Of a stretch of 64,000 nt of DNA, positions 54,051 to 64,000 are shown in pieces. Source of the DNA: Salisapilia sapeloensis CBS 127946 (Eukaryota > Protista > Oomycota). Both the position numbers and the translations under genes were made by a program. Location: NCBI GenBank assembly GCA_023334545.1, contig JAADVB010000079.1, forward strand, positions 1 through 64,000, in the 5' to 3' direction. The notes under the pieces are model-generated. The model had not been told where the DNA came from. It was given only the letters and a program-made list of their open reading frames with translations, and did no database searches. Positions within the stretch are counted from its first letter, which is position 1. Each line of letters starts with the position of its first letter.

Positions 54051-56227
54051 ATGAAGTCTTCCAATCGTAACAGCGTCATCTTCATGATTTTGTTCACGGC
54101 CTTCCTGGCCTTCATGGATATAAAAGACTTGTATTACAAGATCATCATGACAGGGCCCATGGAAATAGGCAACTGGGCTTTTGCCGGCGATACCACTGAG
54201 ACAGTGTCGGATGTTGATCTGACGCAAGTGCTGCGTAAAAACAATGGAACGAGAATTTATTCGCATAATATGTGGAATGCTTTGGCAACGCGGTGCGACT
54301 CGCTCAACATCGGGAAGCTCGATGGTAAGTACGCGCATGTTGGAGCTCTTGGTACGGGGTGCATCATTGACGGGGTGAAACAAGACCGAGAGATCGTATT
54401 TATGGGTAGTTTGCGTGCAGATGACGTTGTGGCAATTGCTAGTATAATTGGCACTGCAATCCGCCATCCATTGAAGCAGAAGACTTGGTACACAGAGGTG
54501 TGGGCATATAATTTCGACCTGCCGGAAACTACCTTTGTGGACGAGGCAAAGGCCATGATTCAACCCGAGCATATACCACAGCTTAAAACAACGCTCGATG
54601 TGATCTATAAAAATTTCGCTGATGATCCTGTCGTATGGGAGGCGGCTATGTGCTACGAGATGATGGAAATGCCTGAAATTGGTGAAGTTAAAGCTGACAT
54701 TTCCCCTGTTGAATTTGGCTGCATTTGGACTGATGAAAACGATGAAAATCTGCGGACAGCCTACGTTCCACCGACCTTAGGCAAGTACTTTCATCACTAC
54801 GTTGAACGAATTGGATTGCTGTGGCATACCGTCGACTTGCTCCACATTGGCCGAATTCATTTGCGAAACACAGTTGGCTTTGTCGCGCAATACACGCTTG
54901 ACCGGACAGCAAAGGCAAATGGGGGAGAAGACAAAATCAAAGTTGTACTGAAGATAGATATCTCTATGGATGGCGTCCTCTACTATGCTATTATCTTGAT
55001 CGAAATCATGATTGCATATATTAACATTGGAGATACATGCACTGTGGCCTTCCTTGTCATCCGTCCACTTGTATTGTCGAGTCAAAAGAGCAGTGTGTCT
55101 GCATATTCACAAAAGGCAACGCATGTAAGCACTCAGAAAACCTCTGAGAATGCGAATGAAATGAACAAAGGAAGTACTCAAACAGGAAGTGCAACGACAA
55201 AACAGAGCAAAGACGAGCTTTCTCTCGCCTTATTGTACACAGATCTCAGCTCCGTTACCTTTCATAACCGTCTACTCGATACGCTACTCGTTATCGATAC
55301 TTTCGGCTCATGGCTATATATTATACCTAGTTCGACGATCATTGCTTGGTCCACAAACTTTTTCCAGTTGTCTAGTGCTGTCTTGAGTAACTTTCGCATA
55401 TGGCCAGTGGTCCTTATCGTCATTAACAACCTCTGGAGATGGACAGCGGTTTTACTCAATGAGAGACTAGCAGCAGTAATCACGGAGTTTACCTACATTA
55501 CGTCATTTGAAGTCATGTGCGCGACACTCTTGGCTGTCTATCTAGAGTACGACAACATTCTCATAGCCAATCTTATCAAGTGGGTAAGTACTTTTGACAT
55601 TGTTTCCCGATGACTACATACCCACTAAACGCATATCTTAACTAGGGAATAGCAGACCGTCAGCGAGTGATGGTTGAGACGGCAAACGGTATTGTTTCTT
55701 TCTACCCGTGCTTTACTCGCTATAGTTACGGAGACCGATCGATGGACAGTGCCGGAATGAATGTGTTGTATTCGCCCTTGATGAGTATTCTCTCTCATGC
55801 AGTAGGATTCAGCATACTGATTGGTGTTATCAAGGGTATGTACTACGCGGGTAAGGCTCACTTTAAAGGTACCCTGGTGAAAGATGTGATGATGCTCTGG
55901 CGTACATATCGACGCAACTCGATCGAAGTGTACATGAACGACCCGATCCGCGCGAAAGCCATCGTGCGTTCGCAGAAGCAAATGGGCTACAGACTTGGAA
56001 ACTCGGTCTATATCCGTCCATTCGTTTACCTCGAGCAAAACTACAATATTGACAACGGCAAATTCTGTCGACGGCCATTAATCCCGTTCACAACCACTGA
56101 CATGGATAAATCATCGGTTGAAGTGGATGCAAATGCTTATACCATCCATGGAGTCGTTAAAGATAATCAATCTGACAAAATTAAACGCAAGCGTCAGGAT
56201 AAAGACAACCAGATCCCTTTAAGCTAG
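54051..56227 (+). CDS. Oomycete-type transmembrane protein of unknown function; 2 exons (54051-55583, 55646-56227), 704 aa
   Basis: A 62-nt GTAAGT...CTAG intron joins LIKW|GIADRQ in phase. N-terminal TM, a large extracellular region and a multi-TM C-terminal half. Confidence 0.75.
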
Positions 56228-57047
56228 AGATGTTCGTCTATGACGGTTCCTATGCACGTAGCTATCGCTTCGAAAACTGTGGATTTATTCTTCGTCGCTG
56301 GTCTAGTACTGGAAGTAGAAGTAAAGCAATATAGCACAAACTTACGATAACAATCACTTTGCCGGGACATCGATAATATGGTTATAGACTCTAAATAAAA
56401 GCGTATTTGTGATGCACATTTCGATGCTCCCATTTCTTCGTGTAGATTGAAAGTCGATTTTTCTCTATTCTATTTACAGATGACCTTGTTGTAGATTGAT
56501 AAGCGCGAACAAGTGCGGATTTTAAATCCGCCTCTTTTGGTAATTCCAGAAATGCGTTTTTAATGAGATGCTAGGAAAGGAGATAGAAGGCTATGGATGA
56601 GGTGAAAAACTTTGGATAGAGAAACTTTGCTAATATTCGTGCCAGCGAAATGTGGTCAATCACAAGACATTCCTTTCAAAATCGCGAGACAGATCGCTCT
56701 CTTTGCTACCACTTGACTCGTCCTCTGACGGATTATTTCGGACACCGATGGCTGCTTTTGCAACCCACTGGACGTATCCACTGATTCATTTTCTCCCGTC
56801 CGAAATATGTACGCCAGTCAACAATCATACAAACTCCGTGTCCGACGTCGACCAAACGACCTTCGTTCTTCATCTTTCCACTGGAGCACTTGACCACGTC
56901 ACTCAAGCTTCTTACGCCAAACACGAGCAACAGATCAAAGTTTCACTTTCTATAAGCCATATCCTCTCCGTTGTCCAGCTGACGATCCGACAAGTGGTTC
57001 ACCGCACGAGACTCTATTCAAACTGTAAACCAAAGTACTGTATCGAA

Positions 57048-57536
57048 ATGGACGGCAAGACAACCAGGCCAAAGCTAGCGCCGAGCACGGAGACACCGAT
57101 GGAGCAAGCTCCGCCTTCATCTAGTTCTGGTCCCCTACCACCGCCAGCTGCGACTGGAGCTTCAGCCAACTCGGGGAAACCAAAGATTCCTCGTCAATCG
57201 CGAAAAGTAATCTTAAAAAAAGAGGTGAATCGTCTTCAAGATATCGTCAATGACATGCAAGATCAAGTGACCACTGCATCAACTGGTATTCAGGAGCTCA
57301 AGAGCCTAGTCTCGCAACTTCATCCACCGAGCCAACAGTATGGCACTTTATCGTTGGAGTACTACGATGAGAGCGATGATGTGCATGCGTTCTCGTTTTT
57401 GCCTTCGGAAGCCTCCATTCCAGTTCCGGATTTTGCGGAAGAACAAGTGGAGTTGGGACCAGCGCCGAATGAGATGGTGACCAATGTGGAAGAAGGCTCT
57501 CTCGACTACAATTTTAGGGATTCGAGGACGTTGTAA
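57048..57536 (+). CDS. Hypothetical protein with Pro/Ser-rich N-terminus and basic + coiled-coil (bZIP-like) segment, 162 aa
   Basis: KPKIPRQSRKVILKKEVNRLQDIVNDMQDQV...IQELKSLVSQL followed by an acidic tail. The frame is also open upstream to 56652. Confidence 0.55.
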   Translation: MDGKTTRPKLAPSTETPMEQAPPSSSSGPLPPPAATGASANSGKPKIPRQSRKVILKKEVNRLQDIVNDMQDQVTTASTGIQELKSLVSQLHPPSQQYGTLSLEYYDESDDVHAFSFLPSEASIPVPDFAEEQVELGPAPNEMVTNVEEGSLDYNFRDSRTL

Positions 57537-58786
57537 AACGTACTGCCGAGCTCTTCTTTTCAGGGTAGCAATGCAAAATGGTCGATTTGATTCTCATCCG
57601 CGGAAGAAGTTTATTGCGATCTGCATGTACCGTTTGTATAGATTACAAAAATAACAATTGTGCCTATGTATTTCTCATTGGGTACCTTGTTTCTCAAAAT
57701 GGAGAGAAGTGGTAAGAGAGGCAAGTCTCTGGATAGTATGGTACAAGTCAAGTTTCATACATGCAAAGAGAAGAATGATTAAAAACTTGTGTTCATTTCG
57801 CATTGCAGCACGTTCGTTACTTTGTGATTGTAAAGTGATGCTCTTCTTCTATGTGGTACAACCACAGATGTTCGGATCAAGACGAACATGTTAAGCAGAG
57901 GCGTATGTTTAACATACCTTAGCCTTTCGAAAACATGTCTAGCACAAGACACGATTTCTTCTTGGGCAACCACAGCGTCGCGGTTATGATCGAAATACGA
58001 CGACCGATCTCGGCGGAAGGATTTTAAATATTTTATGGACACTTCTCATTTTCCAATCTTCATTAAGCTTCGTAGCTTCAATGAAGTATAAATGCCATAT
58101 ATATCCGAAGGATACAGAATTGAGCTACACATCACATCTCACTATATTTCATAGTCCATTAGTGCATTATGTTTTGATGCACCAGCTTTTAAATGCGATT
58201 AGTAGCTGCAAGAGGTGCAAAATCGATAAAAAAAACCTTAAGATTGTCGAAGCGGCTGGATAACGTTTGTACTTGGCCATCGCTTCCCTCGACTTGTATG
58301 GCTAGAAGACACGATTTCCCGCGTACTCAAAATAACAATACATATTTGCTTGACCGTATGGAGCTCAGGAGAGTGTACAGAAATGGCAGTGCATTAAAAC
58401 TACGATCTAATCTTTGTTTGGATTCTAAGTAAAAGTATCGAGGGGATGCTAAGAAGAGATTGCGTCAATGCAAACAAACATGTATGACCACGATGACGTT
58501 ATCGTCAAGTAAGTTAGAACGAGACGTAAGGGTAATTGAGTCGGTGTTTATCATTTTGAACACTACACAACGATCATCGGATATCATGCTCGCGCTTGCT
58601 GCTTACTTGGAAAATGTTACATATTTCTTTTGTGGCTCTATTATATTTTGAGTGATTTGACTGTATATATTTGCTTACAACCTCGGTCTATTTCATTACA
58701 TTATTATCTACCTAATGTGAGCGCTAATAGCCGTTAAGAGAAACCCTGTTAGTGAAGGACAGGGACCTCTCGTGACGAGTGAAAAC

Positions 58787-58864
58787 CTAACTCAAATGTT
58801 CTGATTGCAGTTCCTGTGAACCAAGTGGTCCACATCGATACCACTGTCTAGTCTCGTCGGACAA
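58787..58864 (-). pseudogene. Coding remnant or terminal exon, motif copy A: LSDETRQWYRCGPLG-x10-stop
   Basis: Homologous at the codon level to 60449-60526 on the opposite strand. There is an in-frame TAA 23 codons upstream of the motif. Confidence 0.45.
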
Positions 58865-60448
58865 GTGAGCAAGGATATTGGACACATGGGATCCTGAAGA
58901 CTGTCCAGATGCGACTTGACTATATTCTTTTTATCTCGAAGAGCAGCACCTGGATACATTGGTGTTTTCAGATCAAAAACTTAAATTCTAGCATTCAAAA
59001 CTAAGTAACTCACTGACTTAGACTATCAGCACTGATAATTGAGCGCGGATGTATAGTTGCTGTGTGGGAGCGTTGTGCCACAGCTCCACACCATCCATCA
59101 GAAACGTGCAGTTTATTTTGCTATTCAATCCTCTACTTTTAGGTCTCGTTCGAAAGGTAGCTTGAACACCTTCACTTTAGTAATAACGAACTAGTGATGC
59201 TCATACTAGAGGATAACTCGGAAATCATCAGTCTACGCTGAAAAAAGCAGGAAACATATGCATTCGATCGGCTTACAATGCTGCTCAAATGCTAGCTTCC
59301 CTTGCCAGGATCTCACGATGAGCACATTCTCTCTTCTCGAGTATATTGTCCTGATCTTTAAAGCAAACAGTTCTATTCTCGCAATGACCGGGAAAACAAC
59401 TATGAACAACTTCAAGTAACAAAATTATCTACGATACAGAATTATTAGTGTTTGAGACGAAGCCATATGCGTAAGAGATAGCGAAATTTTGTTTCCCATT
59501 TCATCAACACACAAGGGGAAATTGGAAATGCTGAACGTTGCAAGGAAATATTTAGGGGTTGATTGCGTGTGGGTATGCTATTATATAAATGAATAGCCTT
59601 AGGGATCACTCCATATGCCCCGTACGCTATATCGTGCGGTTGTTTTTAGAATATACCTTTTACTCTATCGCCGCTCAATTTGCTCTCGTGTCTGTATTTT
59701 ATTTCCTCCAGCTCTACCATATCATTAGACGGGATCAAAGTTTGGAGACCATGCAGAAATTGCCAGCAGTTTGTGTCCATGACTATCTTTACCGGCCTGC
59801 AGAATTATCTGATCTTTTAGATGATCAACGTCGAATATTTACATGACAACTAGCTCCGAAGCTAGCTGATTCGGATAATACGATGAAGAATTATACGAAT
59901 CGGACGCCCAAAACATCAGTGCTCATGGCATTAATTTATAAGACGAGTTTTGACAACTTTGCAACCACCAAGCAAAGTCCTGATGAGGAAAATAGGAATG
60001 GCTGAATACTTGAACTTACAAAGTGTAGAGAAAGAGGGAGAATGTACATCCGCTCGTCAAGTCATCCAGTGCGGAATAATGCTTTGACACTGATATCAAA
60101 TTGATTAAGCATTTTCAAGAATCACTCTGAGCTCTAACCCGAAGGAGGTAATATTCGATATTTATCTTTTGTCAATGCATGAAAACTATTGATCCATCTT
60201 CGGTGAGGTACTTTTATTTGCGTTCTCTTGAATACTTTCTCACCTGGCGTAATTGTGTACAAACAATGTTTAAAAACACACAAGGCTTAATTAGCGAAGG
60301 AAAAATAAGAACCAAGTATTCACCTTTCATACCACCTACATGTTTACAACAAAACGGCCGGTCATGCAGCTAATGCGGATATGGACACTCCAGCAAGTTT
60401 CCAGACGCTTGCTACGGATTTACGACCGGAATTGGAGGCAGTCCAGAA

Positions 60449-60526
60449 CTTCCGGATGACATCAGACAATGGTATAGGTACGGGCCATTAGGCATACCCG
60501 ACGCCCCTGCGTCCACCACTCACTAG
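60449..60526 (+). pseudogene. Coding remnant or terminal exon, motif copy B: LPDDIRQWYRYGPLG-x10-stop
   Basis: Homologous to 58787-58864. It is in frame with ORF 60179-60373 but separated from it by a TAA at 60371-60373, which lies in a possible 78-nt intron (60316-60393). Confidence 0.45.
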
Positions 60527-61452
60527 GCTTTCTCTCTCTTGTTCGCCAGGAGCTATCTGCAGAAAGCAGATAACTCCCACTGGCTATTAACATTCACTAG
60601 GTCTAGGCACCTAGGTAACGCAGCTATGTAATAGATCGTGTTTCAGAACAAAAAAAGTATTCACCCTTTGTGTTCGAAACGAATACTATTATGCTTATTT
60701 ACAAAAGAGCTTTCTGAGCGAAACCTATTTGATTAAAATTTTTGTGCATAGTGCATTTGAAAAGCACATGCAAGGAACGCTTGCATCTTGCACTCAAATC
60801 TAGCACAATCTTCATGGTTTTCACATAGCCTGCCCTCCTTTCTACAGCTGTATTGGTAGACATACTTTAATTGTCGCAAAGGGTCTCTAGCTTTAACAAC
60901 ACATGTGTGTACTGCGATGTCAGGTACAGGTCGTACTGATACAGCTAGCTACGTTCAGGATGATACAGACACCTGCCACTTTGCATAGCATAATGCACTT
61001 TTATTCAGTATGCTTTACTATGTCGCAACTGTAGTCGGATCTAAGCTATATGCCAAAAGGAATATACTATATTTTATGTTTAGGCTTGCTGTTAACCAAA
61101 GACATGCATGTTGACAACTCTGAACATATAGGAGTTCGAAGGAATTATAAAGTCTAGGCATATTGACACGATGCTACCTTTGAACGCAGCAATTTAAACG
61201 AATTAATGTCATTCCATACTGGTAGAGAGTGTAATATTTTATTTTCTATGCTCGGATAAACCCCCGATTCGGAGCTCAACTTGGAAACGACTGTGGATGA
61301 TTCAAGTATGATGCAATCGTACTTTATTGAAAGCTGACTTGTACCTTTTCTAATTAATGCAGACGTAATAAAGGGGTGTTTTTGCTCTTTCCACGATGCA
61401 AAAGACACACAATATACCTGCCAAACGAAATTCAGTTTAACACAATCACAGC

Positions 61453-62222
61453 ATGGGCTCTGGAGCGAGTCGAATAGCTCGTAAAGCGGCGCAACGTACA
61501 CCCGCTACTTCCGCGACGAAAGAAGCTGCGCAGCAATCATCAGCTGAAAGCAGTAGCTCCACTCGATTGCAATATCCCGCTCCATCTGCATCTGAGCGGC
61601 CTACTTTGCATCGTGATGAAGACGAAAAGAAAAGCTCCATCGAGGCTCCAACTAATGTGATGCAAGAAATGCCAAAGGATTTGATACAAGAGATGGAACG
61701 TTTTGATGATTTGGGAAGAAGAGAATTGCAGACGGTAAGTCTAAATGCGTAGCCATCGGTTCATGTATAGATACTCACGTACGTCTTGTGTGTCAGCCCA
61801 AGTCGATTAATCACTCCACCGATACGTCATTGGATACCGCTATATCCTATCGAAAGCAGTACAAATCCTTATATCAGGAAAGTATGCCACAAGATCGTAC
61901 GAGTGCAGTCGTGGCGACTGAAGACGAATATGACTCCAATCTCCAAGGTACGCGATAACGCAATCAGCCTTTGCTACAGCTAGTAACAGTACATCTTTGT
62001 CCATGCAAAGGCCACTTGACGTTCCGTCAACTCCGTCAAGCTCTTGCACTCCATTATCAAGATCCAAAGCGGAATACAACAAGAGCATTGGCCGTGTACT
62101 TTGGCATGGAAGAAGCGAATATGCAAGACATTTTGGCCAATGTCGGGCCGCCAAATGTGAAAAAGCTGAAGGAGACGGAAGAGTATCCTGTTGGCGTATG
62201 GTACCCAACGCCTGAAGAATGA
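61453..62222 (+). CDS. NDUFAF4-like (complex I assembly factor 4 / UPF0240-like) protein; 3 exons (61453-61734, 61797-61947, 62011-62222), 214 aa
   Basis: Introns GTAAGT...TCAG (62 nt) and GTACGC...CAAAG (63 nt) are in phase. The C-terminus GHLTFRQLRQALALHYQDPKRNTTRALAVYFGMEEANMQDIL resembles the NDUFAF4 helical domain as I recall it. The N-terminus is MGSGAS. Confidence 0.55.
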
Positions 62223-62670
62223 AATACACTGTAGGTGCTATCCACATCTTTGTCCAGCTTCATCCTACCTCTGCTATGCCCAAATTAGTTTCTGTACTAT
62301 CTTTCACGTTGGTTTGGTCGTCCGATTGGATAAAATAGGTGACGTAAGCATTGCATGTAGCCAATGTCGTTGCCATGAAAGCATCTGTTTTACAGCAAGA
62401 GCCATTGCTACGTTTAACTGGCTCAGGTCGATGCTTCCCCTGGATAGTACCTCCTCTTACCCGTTCCCATCTCCATACTGCGTTTCTAGACTACGAAACC
62501 AGATATAGAAACTTCGATCGCATCGATTACTCGGTTTAGCAAGCGTCATAGAGAAAATAATTTCGCGATGAGATACCTCGATCAATTACCTAACGTTCAT
62601 ACTGTTGCTTCGGCTCGATCAGCATTGACGCCATTGTCACGTAATTCCTGAAGGGAGGACGAGATCGAGC

Positions 62671-63390
62671 ATGGAGACAAGCCTCGTTTTCTCCTCCGAG
62701 TCGTCGCGGACGAATGATGACAGTGGTGATGACGCGCCCCACTCGGCACCATCCGACACTACTGCCGGCGTGCAATGGCTAGCGGAGCTCAAACTCGACG
62801 TGACGGCTACCTTGAGCCTTTCACGAGTGGCTGCTAAGCAAGACGTTCGCTACACCCTCTTCGTTAGTCATTTCACGACACAATTGAACTCCAGTGAGAA
62901 AGCGCCTCCACTTCGGCGAACTGTACAGGGTCATTTAGAGCGCTTCCGATCCTTTCAACAAGTACTGCTTCGGATCTTGCGTAAAAGGAAGGATATCTCC
63001 AGTAAAGATACAGCCCAGCATGCTGCGGAGGAGTTGCGGATGTTTGTGTACACTAAGTTTCCACTAGTCATTGGTGGTCCATCCTACCGACCATCTAAAG
63101 CTTCCACAGCTATGACGGATGCCACCAGATCTCGACTGGCGTCATGGTTTAAAGGCATCCCGACCCGACTAGCACTATTGCACCGGTGCCATATAGACGA
63201 AGATAGCAAATGTATATGCCAGCGCATTATTTCGGCCTTCACCCGTTTTATAGACGACAACGAAGTGAAAGTCGAGGACAAGTGGGAGCCTTGGGACAGC
63301 CCTAAAAGATATCAAAGACGTACGTCTGATCACGTCTTAAACCGCAAGGCTTCCAATGAACAGACTTTACGACGAAATACGGACTCTTAA
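62671..63390 (+). CDS. Hypothetical protein, possibly PX-domain-like, 239 aa
   Basis: Single ORF. WLAEL...VRYTLFV...ERFRSFQQVLL...FP pattern and an HC-x7-CxC cluster. The family assignment is weak. Confidence 0.55.
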   Translation: METSLVFSSESSRTNDDSGDDAPHSAPSDTTAGVQWLAELKLDVTATLSLSRVAAKQDVRYTLFVSHFTTQLNSSEKAPPLRRTVQGHLERFRSFQQVLLRILRKRKDISSKDTAQHAAEELRMFVYTKFPLVIGGPSYRPSKASTAMTDATRSRLASWFKGIPTRLALLHRCHIDEDSKCICQRIISAFTRFIDDNEVKVEDKWEPWDSPKRYQRRTSDHVLNRKASNEQTLRRNTDS

Positions 63391-64000
63391 CTTCGTCATT
63401 AAATTCCAATACTACGTGATACTTGGTCAAGCTGATTGAGATCGAGTCGCTAGTACGTAAAATCAATAAACGTCGTTTTTGTCTAGTTTGAACTTATGTA
63501 AAGACAACAACATGTACAAGCTAGATCGAGTATAGTTTAGGCCGTGTTCGTTGAGCAGATAATCAAGGATTATGGGAGAAATCAGGCATTAATTGATCAA
63601 ACACGATAAAACCTTAATCGGTATTCTGCCTCGATAATCGCCCTTTTCCTAGTCAACGAAAAAGGTAGACGATGTCGAAATGCAATTTGATGCAGGCCAG
63701 ATTCGCTTCGAAAACGTCGCCTATATATTGCAATTTCCACACAACTTATGCGGCAGTGAGCACGGTAACGGAAAGCTCCATTTTAACAGAGGATGGAGCG
63801 TAAGTAGTGAGCTGTACCAAGAATATGAGGTGGTATGTCCATTGCCAGCACCAATCAATTGCTTTTGCACTCCTTATTTAGCGGGAAAGTTGTATTGAAG
63901 TGCTACGTTAGGTTTCCAATGGCAAGTGCCAAAGCAAAATCGGCTATTCTCAGCTAACGCGTAATTGCTCAATTCGATTATCATGAATAGATTTACAAAA

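Noticed and set aside
63500-64000. 72-aa ORF 63680-63898 and nearby splice-like sites at the window end
   Set aside because: No recognisable motif and no consistent exon chain; the feature may be cut by the window edge.

Overview
Gene-dense window from a eukaryotic genome, almost certainly an oomycete (inferred from short 49-78 nt GT-AG introns, oomycete-type START+FYVE-like and multi-TM families, and intact flagellar genes). About 24 protein-coding loci. They are: the 3' end of a GH1 beta-glucosidase; an intronless outer-arm beta-type dynein heavy chain; a trypsin-fold protein with Cys at the catalytic Ser position; a cNMP-binding-domain ion channel; a SulP/SLC26 transporter; ATP synthase OSCP; VPS25; a secreted trypsin homolog with Ser195->Ala; CapZ beta; RNA Pol I A49; a GPX1-type Cys glutathione peroxidase; two convergent START/FYVE-like paralogs around an 8-exon EF-hand-like gene; an SSS transporter; an NmrA-like protein; dynein IC DNAI4/IC138; an NDUFAF4-like gene; and several uncharacterised proteins. 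Several genes (VPS25, CAPZB, EF-hand-like, NDUFAF4-like) are split by introns and had to be spliced by hand. I found no rRNA, tRNA, CRISPR array or intact mobile element, and no evidence for a multi-gene novel system. The most notable oddities are: an in-frame TGA followed by 114 open codons in the channel gene; two protease-fold genes with swapped nucleophiles; a GC-AG intron; and a codon-conserved peptide motif present twice, inverted, in an otherwise unannotated 4-kb gap. All family calls are by motif recognition; no database search was run.
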